Below are positions 14,239 to 27,500 of a DNA stretch of 64,000 bases, one piece after another. Every line of letters begins with the position of its first letter. The first letter of the stretch is position 1. The stretch is from Klebsormidium nitens (lineage: Eukaryota; Plantae; Klebsormidiophyceae): NCBI GenBank assembly GCA_000708835.1, contig DF237114.1:62001-126000 (forward strand), written 5' to 3'. The notes beneath the pieces are model-generated. The model worked only from the letters and a program-made list of their open reading frames with translations, made no database searches and was not told the DNA's origin. The position numbers and the translations under genes were made by a program.

Positions 14239-14676
14239 GGCGTGGTCTCAAAACACATTTACAGCCACTGCGAGAACGCCGACATTTGTTGGAGCGGGGT
14301 GGGGGCCCGGCGGCTGGCGAAAGTGCCCGGCGGCTGAGGGGCCCAGGGGTCCGGCGGCCGGCGGCTGTGCCCGGGGAAAACTGGCCCGGGGTCCAAACCA
14401 ACAAAAAATGCAGGATTCTATGATATGCCGGCGGTTTTCGCAGCCGCTACGCGCTTATGAAAAATAAGAAATAGTTTTTTGTGCTTTTCCGGCCGTATAT
14501 TGCCCAAAAAGTGTCGTATAGCCCCAGTTTTTTGAATTTTGATCCCATTTTTTGGGGGGTCCTAGCCCGGCGGCTGGCCCCAAATCTCTGCTCAAAATTC
14601 AGGGGGGTTGGGGCCCGGCGGCTGGCAAACTGTCGGCGTTCTCGTAGTGACTGCAAATCTGTTTTGAGACCACGCC
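14239..14676. mobile_element. Non-autonomous TIR element (MITE), ~438 bp, candidate 3-bp TSD TCG
   Basis: 14239-14288 (GGCGTGGTCTCAAAACACATTTACAGCCACTGCGAGAACGCCGACATTTG) is an imperfect inverted repeat of 14626-14676. TCG flanks both ends (14236-38, 14677-79). Internal direct repeats of (G)CCCGGCGGCTG. Confidence 0.7.
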
Positions 14677-15013
14677 TCGAGCCGCGCGCACGCGCTGTCT
14701 CGAAAGTTGCTTTGAAATCGCAAGAACTTCGCAGCTGGAAATCTTGAACACGTGGGCTTCTGCAAACGAAACGCTACGACAATCCCCTCTTGCATAAGGG
14801 ATCTCCGGGCCGTCCTTGGGCTTTGGGGGAAGCCGCTCGAAGGGGTCCCGGTGCGTAATATTATAGCACCCAGAGTTTTCATGGTTTCTTGGTGTGAGCA
14901 CGGAGTCTCTCTCACCTCTTAGTTTCGACCTTGAGCGCTGTTGCAAGACGCGCCTAACAAGCTTTTCCGCGCTCCTTTCGCCAATTCCTCTGGCTAGGCT
15001 GGCGGCCGCGCGG

Positions 15014-15275
15014 CCGCCTTGGCTGTGTGACCAGTGCGTACCGGTACGGTAAGTTCCTTCCGAGACTCGAGTACGGTCGGTTTACGGTACCATCGGACTG
15101 GTACCGGTACGTCCGATAAGAGATGAACGAGCCGCGCGGCCCGCGACGCTCGAACCAATTATTAGACCGCTTAACTACCGGCCTCGTTTCGCAACTGGGT
15201 ACCGGTACGGCCTTTACTGAGTCCCTGAGTCGGCACTGGGCAGTGCTCGGCACACGCCTGCGGCGGCCAAGGCGG
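15014..15275. repeat. Possible decayed MITE rich in GTACCGGTAC palindromes
   Basis: CCGCCTTGGC (15014-23) and GCCAAGGCGG (15266-75) are inverted, with inner CCAGTGC/GCACTGG and several GTACCGGTAC palindromes. No TSD seen. Confidence 0.3.
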
Positions 15276-18200
15276 AGTGACGCTTCGATCCAAGAATTGC
15301 TTCGCCATGCACTACCGGTAGCTAGTGAACGGTACTCCTAATATGTACCAAGGTAGGTACTGACGGCCCAGTTTCACGATTTGTTGTATTGTACTGGTAG
15401 TTGTTCAGGTACCTGGAGTACCTAAACGCCTAATTTCCAACTTGCCTACCGTTTTAAAAGGTTTCATGAGAAACTCAACCACTTGTCAAATGTGGGTTCC
15501 AGGCTTGTGAGCTCCCTCTTCTTTCCATTAGGTACTCACCACTTTGAGGGTAAGGTATGGTATCCTGACCGGCATCCCTACCTGGTTTGAGAATATCGCA
15601 CTACCATTTGCCCCTGAACTGCATGAGGACGGTGGACCTGTGACTCTTACGGTGTGAGAGCTAGGAGCAGCTGCCAGCTCACAGGTAGGTGCAGCTCTGG
15701 AGCTGCGCAGTGCAGCTGAGAAACACCCTAGCTACCGAAATAGGTAAGTACAAGCTGTACATATCCATAGCGTATATTGTTCTATGTACCTGGTACCGAC
15801 GTGCACGCCCTCAGGTCCGCTTGACTACAAACTCATCTCGGGCAACAACGTCGCCTGTTTACCTAGTGCATGCATGCAGGCGCAACAAATCTAGGGTCAG
15901 CGAGCGAGTTTGCGAGTCCTCGTGAGTAGTCGCCACGTGGCAGTCTGTACAGGCGGACCCTTATGATCACATTCTTTGAACCCTGAATGCTGCAGAACAT
16001 GATACGGAGAACTACCGTAGCTTGGAGTTGAACACCCCCAGGCGTACTGGCCCCTGGGTGGTACTTCCCGATACAGTATAATACCGTATGCATTGATTCC
16101 AACACGCCACGGCGCGCATGATGCCAGTATGTACTAACATTCATCACCAAGAGTACCAGCTAGCCTCCGCCAACCAATGGTGCTGCTCATTCAATCAACC
16201 GGCCACCGGGCAGCACTGAGGCTGACTCGGACAGAATATTCTCGAGCCAAATGATCATTGCATCATTTCCGACGACTACCCAGGCCGGCTCTTTGCAATT
16301 GCTCTGATCGGGCTGCACAGTGCATTCATATTGTTGGGCAGGCCGGTCCGAGTCGCGGTACTTTACTGCGGCAGTACCTAGCTGGCTAGCTTGTAGTAGG
16401 AATGATTGTGATGTTTATCCTGAGCGCCAGATGTGAAGGCGCGGTAGGCTTAATGCGCCACAATAAGTCCTTTCAATAGCTTATGCAAGAGCCTGCTGTC
16501 GTTGTTAATTTGCGCCTAACGCCGCTGGCGGTCGATTCAATGTGTCGATCATCTGCCATTTAGTACAGATACCATAGCTTATGCGTATGGTGGCGATCTA
16601 TCTGAAAACATTGCCAACGACATCAGCACGACGTCTTACGTCCCTGTCACCTGATCCAAAGTCTGATGGTCGTTGTAAGTTGTGGCGGCTCGACCATATT
16701 GTGAATCATTCTGACAAGAAGCTCCGCAATAATCTCCGAAAGCGCCGCATTCCAAACTCGTCGGACCAAGCTGATTCTGCGCTTTCTCCCGCACCCTGGC
16801 GTAGCTGCAGCGCGCAAATCAGTAGACTCAACAGAAGCGCTTGTACCTTACCACATTGGCAGTCGCGATTACTGACGTCATCACTGATCCACTGAGAGCT
16901 CGATCCAGCTCAATGAGCATGGCTACCCTGTCGGCAAAAAGCGCGGTGTCGGGCGCGCAAAGCAACATCAGCGCGCGCGCCGCCACTGGAGGGAGCACCA
17001 CCGCGATCAAGGCGTATCCGGCCACACAGGTGAGCCGCGGTTTTCTGCTCGATCTTGTATGTTTTCACTTCGTCACGATCTGCCTACTATCAGGTGTGAT
17101 CAATTGACTCCTATGGAATGTTTCGGTTGAGTGGCAGCTCGCGCTTGGATCTTTGAGCTTGGTGGCAATGTAATGGACTCCTGTGCTTTGTATCGGCGTC
17201 TTCGATCTGTGATGTTCCATTTGCTTGGAGCGAGCTGTCCGGAAATTTCCCCCAGCTCGTATTCTCCTTGGCTGACTCACTGGATTTTTTTTCGCAAACC
17301 CCGTATTTGTCCTTTCAAAGGTATGAGCTTGGATTGGTCTAGTACTTGTCTGATATGCTGTATCGATCGCCAGGCTCCAATGCTGAAATCTGCAGCCAGC
17401 TGTGTAGTGTGAGTGCTTCCTCTGCTTCATGGCTATGAGAAAGCGTGGGCTGTATTCAAACCGTGTTTTCCAACTTGGGAAAACCACCTTGGCATGATCT
17501 TATCACAATCATGTAGTGAACTAAATCCTGGCTATGTGGGCATGTACGGATAATTGAACCTTCTCCTTGTGCTTTTACTCTCCTCGATGAACGTTAGATG
17601 CCTGGAGGTCACCCCCAAAGTTCCCCCCGGCCCCCGACACAATCGTATTCGAGCTGGTCCAAAGTCCATCTCCATCTGCATGCATCAGAACCTTAGGTGA
17701 GCTGGTGATCAATTTGGATCAACTGGCCCCTTTTTCTTTTCAGCAACAGCACTAACCGGGTGTTTGGTCTCTCCTCCAACACAGCTGGGTCGCTCATCAA
17801 GCCGGCGCTCGTTTACTGTGTCAAGGGGAGCTGAGAAGCGGGCTCCCGTTAACAAGTCAGTCAGGTGAGGTGTTGATCTGGCTCCAAAGGAGCTGGGGAC
17901 CAGTTGAGTTTGATAAGGTCAAAGCGATTTTTGCATTCCGGGAGAAGCGCCATTGGGACCCCTTGGTCCTGCGCGCATGGATCCAGAGCAGGGCAGTTGG
18001 ATGCTGACGATCTGATGGATCTGAACAGTGATTCCTAGCTATGTCTATATATGATAGAACCGCATGCGGGCCTATTTTGTCTATAATGGAACCGCATTCG
18101 GAAGGTCGAATAAAAACCGCCCTGCATTGGATACAAAAATATAGAGTGTCTGAAGCTCTGTGCAAGAAAACCACAAAGGTTGTGCCACTTAGTTTGCAAT

Positions 18201-18513
18201 CGATTGGAATCGCTTTAATCTGTCTTGAGACTCGGAGCAGTTAGTAAGGAATCTGTTCGATCAGGCGATGCAAGCAAAAGCTTGACGTGCTTCAAAAAGA
18301 CACATGTGTGCTGGTATAACTCAAATTTGAACCAGAGTGCTTCCATTCAAAAAGACCTTCACTGTCAATTGCCAGTGAACAGTGCCCACTGCAAGCCTGC
18401 TTCCCCAATCAACCATTTGCCGCACCGTTGGTTCCTGAATCTCACTTACTGTCACGCAGTGACGTTTTGACTCAGCGATTGTGATTTTAACAACTAAAGG
18501 TGCGTGCATGCAG

Positions 18514-21500
18514 GTGCATCGGGGTCGCGCCCCTTGGCGGGGGGCTCGGAGCACTCCCTCAGCAGCCGGCGGTCCCTCAATTGGGTGCTTCCCCGCAGCA
18601 GTTCACCCAGGGGCTTCCAGTCTCAAGCCCAGTGCCACAAGGCCTCCCCACTCCAAATGGACTTGGTAAGTTCTGGTGTTTGGAAGAGAGAGGCTACTCC
18701 CTGAGACATTGTGTGCCTGTCTTCAAGGTTGGCCTGGAAGTCTGTAGACTTATGGGCCAGGTGTTGTGACAGCTTCTTATGTGAACGAGGCTCACTCGAA
18801 GGTTTTTGAAGAGGCTGTAGCATCTATTATCGATCTCGAGTACTTTCCTTGCATGCAAAACAGAAGCCTCCGAAAAGACGAACGAATTTGGTCGACTTCA
18901 TTGCCCACTGATAATTGTCGTATGATTGAGAAGGACTTCCTGCTTTAGGTATCGGCCATGACTTCAGTTCATCCGATCCTAAGTGCTCCGACGCCCTGTG
19001 GACCTATTGTGCTTAGTTGATCACCCGTCAATGAAACTCTCAAGAAAGTTGACTCGCGCAAAGCCGAGACCCTGCCATCGTAACAACTGCTCTACGCTAA
19101 ACGTCTGTCCTGAAAACGAGAGAATAGCTGAGGAGAAATTGCGTCATTAAACGAGGGCATCATCAAACGAGGGCAGCTTATTTTGCAGGCGGGCAAGCGA
19201 CCGGGCTCCTTCCCACCGTGGAGAGAGTGGTTGGAGTCGGCGGCGCACCGGGAGTTTCCGGGGCGGGTGGCCTAGGTAACGCCCTTAATCGACACACATC
19301 GTGTTCAGCTGGCACCAGATCTCTGCTTTTAAGAACCGGATTATGCTCATCCATGCAGCCTTACACCAGTGACTTGGAAGATATAGCTGGCTGCCGTTGA
19401 GTCCGGCGCAGGAAGGAACGAAGAGCTTTACGATTTTCAAACAATTTCAGCTTTTCTGTAAAGCTGAGCTGGATTCGAACATTGATTGTCCAGCCAGAAT
19501 AAGAGTGTTTCGACTCGAAGATGACTTGCAACTGTGTGCCATTTGTTGACTTATGAATGTTCGTAAGTGAGGACGTTACCTTGAAAGGTTCGATTGGGTG
19601 AAGGTTCGCTTTTGTGAATTTATATCCACGTTAACGCAAGTTCACTTCGTGAATGCGTTAGGGATTCCCAGCTTGGCTGATGCTAGTAAGGCACATACCT
19701 TCCTGTGGACGTTGTTAATTTCGACGCAGCGTTTCAAATATCTTGGACGCAACCAAAGTGTGACTCTTGTACCACTCAGTCAAAACACAGTCCAGCTACG
19801 AGCCCTTGCCTACTTTCTGCACCTAAGCCTCGATTATCAGCGCGGCGCGACTTACTTTCGCAAATAAGGAAGCTTCTCGAACGCTTTTTAATCGCGTCAA
19901 CCGTTCTCTCGAGCTTCGTAGTTGTCTTCCAGTCAATAGGGGCCCTGTTGCTCTCTCTCCGTTTGTTACAGACGTTCCCGATTCCGTTTGTCATAGATAT
20001 TCCGTTCCGATTGTCAAACCCGTTCCGTTCCGTTTGTCAAAAATTTTTCGTTCCTTTGTTTACAGGTGGCGGACAGGCATCTGGGCTCCTGCCGACCGTG
20101 GAGCGCGTCGTTGGTGTCGGAGGGCAGCCGGATCAGTCGGGCCAACAAGGTAAGGACACGTGTCAATAAGCGTACCGCCATTTTTGCAACTGAGCTGGAT
20201 CACAAATCGAGTAAAGAGCGGAGAGAACGCGGTTGGCTGGGCCTCTCACTTTTCGACTGCCCACATGTCAAAATTGATAGTACAGCTGCGGTCTACTTGG
20301 TCTACTTTCAGTCGGCAGCTGTTTTAAATCCCCCCGACTTCTATCAGATTTGTTGCGACGTTGACACAGCTCGCCTCGTCTGTTTTACTTTGTCGGGACG
20401 TCCACTTCCACAGACTGTCCGACTACCACAGATCGTCCTCCTTCCTTATACCTTCTTCAGTGAGGACTCGGAAGCTGTATTTGTGTTAGCTTTTTGCCCT
20501 ACGTACAAATTTTCTGATGTACATTACAAAACGTCGTATCCGTTCCTACAGGCTACGCCCAGCAGCCCGGTGCTTACCAAGGCCAGAGCTCCTACGGCAA
20601 CGGCCAGGTTCAGCAGACGACAGATCCCTACTATGGGCAAAACGCGAACTATGGAGTAGCCCAAGCGCCTGGTAAGCGTTCTGCCGGCTAGTCGCAAACC
20701 AATGGTCGGAAAACTTTGGCTGAGGTTGAGTTCAGAGGATCTTCGCCAGAAGCTGCCCGTCGTTGTTTGTTTGTACGAACCGTTTGTTTGCTGCACATTT
20801 GGCGACGTAACGCTTGTACGTGCGTCTAAGAATTCCGCACCCAGATCTCGGGCAACATGCGGCGTATGTGTCGTTCTGCGCAAGCAGTAGTAGGGTTGTT
20901 ATTGCTTTTTGAGAGGAGCGGTTCTTCTGCACAAAGGGCTCTACAGTAGCCTATGGCTGTGGTTGTGAAAGCGACAGTTTTTGAGGGCATTTTATGCGCT
21001 GCAGGAAACCAAGCCGGTGGGCTCCTTCCGACGGTGGAGAATATCCTGGGCGTTGGAGGCCAGCAGGGAGGGCTCGGAGGCGTTGCAGGTAAGTGCTCGT
21101 ATGTGCGGATTTTGCTGCATCGTCCCGGCAAGGGCTGCGTTTACTTTCGCCTAACGAATAAGTGTGCCCCTTGAAAACAAACAGCTTGAATAGACAAAGG
21201 TATTAATGGGGAAAACTTAATCTGAATCAAGGCATTCTTGTTTCGGCGTTCTTGCGGATTTTTGTGGTGTGGGGCTTTGTCCTCGTTGGAGTGCCCTTGC
21301 AAAACTCGACACCGCCCATGACGCGTAAAGCGTCCACCGGTATAGCGTGTGCATCCTCATGGTCCTTCTTCTGTGTCGATTGATCGTCCTGTCCCCTGAA
21401 ACCGCGGGCTGGTAGGTCAGAACGAATCTGGTCAATTTGTCCCCGCCCTCCAGCTTCAACGCAATCCCAAACTTCTTCGATGATTTTCACATTGCCTAAT

Positions 21501-24500
21501 GCGCGCTCTTGTGCAGGTGGGCTGCCAGGTGGCGTCGGGAGTGCCGTCCCCGGGGGAGCCCTCCCTGGAGGTCTTCCTGGAGGTGTAGGGCAGCAACAAG
21601 GTTAGTTTTTTATTACCACACGTTATACGAAAGATTTCGGACTCAAACACCTATCTTAAAACCCTGCAGACTCGGAAGCATGTCAAAAAAGATGGGAGTC
21701 TTCAGAGGTTCCCTCGGTCTTCATCTCGCTTGGAGGCGGAAACACTACTCCTTATGCATGAATTTTAAGTTTCAAGACTGAAGGTGCTTCCTTCCTTCCT
21801 TGCTGAAGATAGCTGCGGAGCGAGAGACAGCTGCCGGTCGCACGGGGGGTCGTTGAGATTTGCGCAAGCCCGTTTGCAGTCTGGAGAACGCTTCTGCAAG
21901 GGTTGTTGAGAACGTGCCTGCTCTTTTGTTTTCAGTCAAAAAACACCGAGCTTTGCTCACGGTGGTGTTGCTTTCTTGGTCGCAGATTATGGTAACCAGT
22001 CCGGCGGTAGTCCGGCTACCGGCCTGCTCCCCACCGTCGAGAGAGTGGTGGGCGTTGGGGGCGACCAAGGTGACTTTGAGGGACAATTCAAAGAGTCGAG
22101 AACAGAAAGATAGGACTAGTGGATCTTAGAACCCCGTTGCGAGAATCCTTACTGTTGCTGGTCACAGACCTTTATATCGTACTCGAGTTCGCACACATAT
22201 CTGTGAGTTTTTAATGAATTTTCAAATGAGCTTAATGAGCTTAATGAGTTTCAATGAGTGTATCTCGTATTATGTGAACGTGCTCTCTCGCAGGTGGGCT
22301 TCCAGGAGGTGTCGGATCTGCCATTCCGGGGGGTGCCCTTCCTGGAGGCGCGGGCCAGCAACAAGGTAGATTTGTAAAGTACTCGATAAGCAATGGACTC
22401 ATGCAAGTATGTGTACGTAGAAGTGCATGAAAACCACCGTCAAGAATTATGAGGCTTCTTTGGGTCTCCTGCATTTGTGATGTTTCTTCTCAAAAAACTC
22501 AACAAGATGTTAGTTGTCTGGCAATGACTACTTCATTGTATATGAACAGTAGCTTTGGTAGCCCTCGTCTTGACAACAATGTCAAGCAGCGATTGTGTTT
22601 GTGGAGCTGCAAAACGACGCAGGGCGACTGCGTCTGATATCCTGGTTTCGATCTTTCGAAATTTAGTTCTGTGATATTTCAGAGGATGGTCCGCGAAGAT
22701 TGATGATATAACGAGGGGCGCGATCAAAGGAACTGGGTTGAGCAACCAAGAATTCGAGTGCCAAACTGGAGTTTTCACAATAATCAAAATAGAGTCGTGT
22801 TGAACGGCTGGTGACGTTTTTTTCGCAGGTTATGGCAACCAGCAGCAAGGCGGTAGCCAGCAGTCCGGCCTTCTCCCCACCGTTGAAAGAGTGTTGGGCG
22901 TTGGGGAACAGCAAGGGCAGCAGGGAGGCTTGGCAGGTGAAAGCGAACGCATATATATTGCATCGATTGATTGGGTGGACAAAACTACTTCTTTTTGCGG
23001 CTTTTTGTGGATTCAACCCTCTCGTAGGCTTCGTTCGTTCGATTGAGGGCGTTCTGGATTTTTCCCATATTGTTTGTGTGAGCGTTGCCCAGAGCAGGTC
23101 CGCCTTTTACAGCTTGATCTTTGCCGGCCATCAGATCGGGTATCCGTTTCAAATCAGATGTTAGATAGCTAGCTGCTTGCCTAAAACCATCTTCGTCCCT
23201 GAGTGTCAACTGTTAGTCCTCCAAAGAGGCATATCGACTTCATTAATTCTTTGGACAACACACTTTTCAAAAGGTACCCGATCATTGTCAGACTCTTCAA
23301 ATGACTACGGTCACAAAAGACTTTCTTTTACTTTGCTCAAAACCTGCAACCGTGCAGGTGGGCTGCCAGGTGGTGTTGGTTCAGCCATTCCTGGGGGCGC
23401 CCTTCCTGGAGGCGCAGGGCAACAGCAAGGTTAGTTCGTGGAAACTTGTTTGTGTTCGAGGTGTAGAACGTACGGTCAGACTTTGATTTTCGCAACTGGT
23501 CTCGTATCTAGCGAGAGTGCCGCATTCTTAAGAATCCCGGACAATCAACTGCCGCTCAGGAACTCACCATTGAGTGGTAGCTTCACAACCCATGCCTGAT
23601 CATGATACCAAACGATGCAGATGAAAAGAATGGAATGGATTCTGCTAATTGTTGGATGTTGTGCAGTGGATCGACACTTTTTGCACAATCCCGGAATAGT
23701 GAGACGTTTCCGCAAGCGTGATAACAGAACGCGCGCGCTCTCTCAAACACGCGAGCCCGTGTAATTAAAGAGCTCGTACCTTTGTGCTTGCAGGTTACGG
23801 TAACCAGCAGGGTGGTAACGGGCAGCAATCCGGCCTTCTCCCCACCGTCGAAAGAGTGGTCGGCGTTGGTGGGCAGCAGGGAGGTGTAGCAGGTAACAGC
23901 TGCGCAGTTTTCTAAAACCGCTAATTTGTTGAAGTGCGGCATCGTCTCCTTGACCTTGGTCACTTTACTTTCCGGCCTCTCGCGTAAAGATGGTATTCAG
24001 GATCTTCGTCAAGTCGGTAGAATCTTTCAAGCTCAAACCCTTCCGCAGTATGGCTTGTCTATACTCTTTGCTTTCTGCTTTATTCCAACTCACAGGTCCA
24101 TACGACTCGCTAGTTGCTCTGCATCTTCCTTCTCTTCGCGATTGTGGAATTCCGGGCTGCCACTCTTGGGTCTTTCGTGCAGTTTTCTCTAACTCGTCGA
24201 CTCTGGTCCCACAAAGCTGCCTTATTTCCTTTGTAAGTTACTCATCGCGCCCTCTCTCACAGGTGGGCTGCCGGGTGGTGTCGGGTCTGCCCTCCCTGGA
24301 GGCGCTGGACAGCAACAAGGTTGGTTCTCAGTTTCTACATTAAGCACTTACTCTGAGCCACGTCTCTTCATGACTTGTTGAATTGAACGTGCAAGAACAT
24401 ACTGTCGCTGATGAAATCCAGGATCTTGCCCTTGCTTATTCGATTTATTGCATGGCCAATCTGCGAAGCTAGCGAATCCTCTTTTGGCGGTACTACTAGT

Positions 24501-27500
24501 CCCTGCAGCGCCCTTGCTTATTCGATTTATTGCATGGCCAATTTGCGAAGCTAGCGAATCCTCTTCTGGCGGTACTACTAGTCCCATACTATATCGTCGT
24601 TGCTAAATGAAAGCTGCGCAGCGAAAGCTTCCGTTTTGTCACCAGAAGAAAGAAGTATGCCCGAGACCTGTATTGCAATTTTGACAAGGTTGCTGCAGCG
24701 ATGGAAGTGAACGAAGCACGCGCTGAATATCCCCCGTATCGAATCATGCACATAAACTCATATGAGCAAACGGTACGGTTTCGGTTCTACACAAATTCTG
24801 ACACGTTGCTTGCAGGTTATGGCAACCAGCAATCCGGCGGTGGCCAGCAGTCTGGCCTCCTCCCCACTGTTGAGAGAGTGGTCGGCGTCGGAGGACAGGG
24901 AGGCTTGGCAGGTAATTTTACACTTGTAACATGCTATTCCTTTCTCCGCTCTGCGCTATTCCGCTCTTCGCTCTCGCGCTATTCCGCTCTCGCTCTCCGC
25001 TCTCCGGTCTGCGCTCTCCAGCTCTCCGCTCACCGCTCTGCGCTCTCCGCTCTCGACATCATCTCCGCTCAAATCGGTTACAAATTTTGGGATCAGTGTC
25101 GTGCATGCACTTTGCTTTCGGCTTCACCATCCGGATTCGCAAAACCTGCCACGTCATCCAAACGTCGTACAACGCGCGCGCTCTCGCAGGTGGGCTGCCC
25201 GCTGGTGCAGGGTCTGCCGTCCCTGGAGGAGCACTCCCCGGAGGCCTTCCTGGAGGAGTGGGGCAGCAACAAGGTGGGCTTACAGAGGTTCTAATCGTGG
25301 AATTGCACATTCGGTTAAACCTGGCCGCCTAACCAGAGTTCACTTTGAGCCGAACACAAAACTTACCTTTGAATTTAGATCCTCCGATGATCCGCATGCC
25401 TCGCATCGAACGGCCCAAGTTCTGCGGCTCGAGAAAAGGTCTGCGACGGGGTCGATCGGACTCGGGTCAGGCGGCCAGGTTTGACAGAACCTGCAATAAA
25501 CCCATCTTGAGCCCATTCTCGAGTCTGTCTCTCTTGTGAGCTCCCGATTGAATGTGCCAAGGGATTTCGGACACCGATGCGGGAAAAACCCTGATGATAA
25601 GCTCTCCCTGATTGCGCTCTTGCTCATCCACTTAAGGCGGGTGGTTCCGAATTACTCCCCTAGCGACCGTAGCCCCATACATCGGTGTTGGCATGTGAAA
25701 GCTGCGAGCGAAAGGTTCTATGTGCCGTCAGAGAGCTCAGTGGCTATTCGAACGGAGCCTGCCCGATGAAACTTCCTACCAAAACGGATAAAATCGAAGC
25801 ATTCTGCAGGCGTTTCAGGACACCGAGTTGAACGCTCCTTCACCCAATCGTTTATGAGCCTCTTAGTGATAAAGCCGATTCGTGACGACTTGCTCGCAGG
25901 TTACGGCAACCAGCAGCAAGGCGGCAGCCAGCAGTCCGGCCTTCTCCCCACCGTCGAGAGAGTAGTGGGCGTCGGGGGACAGCAGGGAGGTGTGGCAGGT
26001 AATTTCACGCTTGCAATACAGCGCTACTCTTCTTCCTGGACGTTCTAACACGCGCCGGACGTCTTCTCTACTCAGGGTTAAGCTTTCAATGCGTCCCTTC
26101 GCAAACCTGACTTGTCTTTTGAAACTATCTCAACGCGCGCTTGTTTTGCAGGTGGGCTGCCGGGTGGTGTCGGGTCGGCCATCCCGGGGGGAGCACTTCC
26201 TGGAGGCGCAGGACAGCAACAAGGTTAGCTTTTACATACACTCGGGACTTAATCTATGAACTCATATCCTATGCTTTAGTGGACTCCTATCTTGAATGTG
26301 TCAACATCCTGACTTCGAGCGATCCACAAATGGTCGTAACCTTCTTGCCCACTTCAGGTGGTGGCTCTGAATAGTCACACGTCGATGTTGCTTTCCTAGA
26401 AGCTCCGCAGCAAATCTGTTTGCCGTTCGTATGCTTCTTTGAAGGAATTTCAATCGATGTTTGCCTGAGCCCGAATGCAGCTTTGAGAAGCCTTGTTCAG
26501 TAGAATCGATAAGAACGAAGTACGCGTTCAAAGAACACAAGGTCAGATCCTCGAGCACACGCTCGAAGAACACTGCATTCAAACCCTCCATTACACCATC
26601 TCGTATGAGCAGATGATGTGCACGTCGTTTTCAAACCGTTCGTAACTTCTTGCACGCAGGTTATGGCAACCAGCAGCAGGGGGGTGGCCAGCAGTCCGGC
26701 CTTCTCCCCACTGTCGAGAGAGTGGTGGGCGTTGGGGGACAGGGAGGTCTGGCAGGTGACTAAATCACTTCCCAGAGGCGGGTCCGCTCTTTATTGACCT
26801 CGAACCGTTCTCCTGTCTACTGACGTACGTTCATATGAGCCTAGCTGAGTGTTTCGTTGTCGATTACGGCTGGTAGGATCAGTATTTGCCTGCAGTTTGT
26901 TTGCCGAGTCGTACGACTTTAGATCTGACGTTTTTGCGAAATCTTTGACACTCTTTTCACGAACGCGTGCTCTCCCGCAGGTGGGCTGCCGGGTGGTGTC
27001 GGATCTGCCATCCCTGGGGGCGCAGGACAGCAACAAGGTTAGTCAAAACACTTTACCCGGTTTAGTTTAGTGACTTCACATTGTTCTTTGAAAGTTGCGG
27101 AGTGAGAGCTTGCCCCTGCCGCTGACATGCAATGTTTGGAAGAGCTGGATCATACATGGGTTGCCCAAGCCCGCCTTGTCCACTGAAAAGCTTCCTGCCT
27201 AGACTGGTGCGAATAATATTGTGCGCATGTTTAGGAAACTGTCATCAAAACGGTGCATCACTTCTTAGCAGATAACGTTGCTTTTGAAACGATTCGTGAT
27301 AACTTGCCCGCAGGTTACGGCAACCAGCAGTCCGGCGGTGGCCAGCAGTCCGGCCTTCTCCCCACGGTTGAAAGGGTTGTAGGCGTCGGGGGACAGCAAG
27401 GTCAACACGGCGGTATGGCAGGTGAATCTACAATCCTGATGCGGATCTACTCACCGCTGACGTTAACGTCACGCTTTCGGCTTACGTCCTTTTGACTGCC

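Noticed and set aside
17554-17600. Signal peptide LNLLLVLLLSS for the giant gene
   Set aside because: An in-frame TAA lies immediately upstream with no ATG in between. The stretch is more simply the polypyrimidine tract of the 17597 acceptor.
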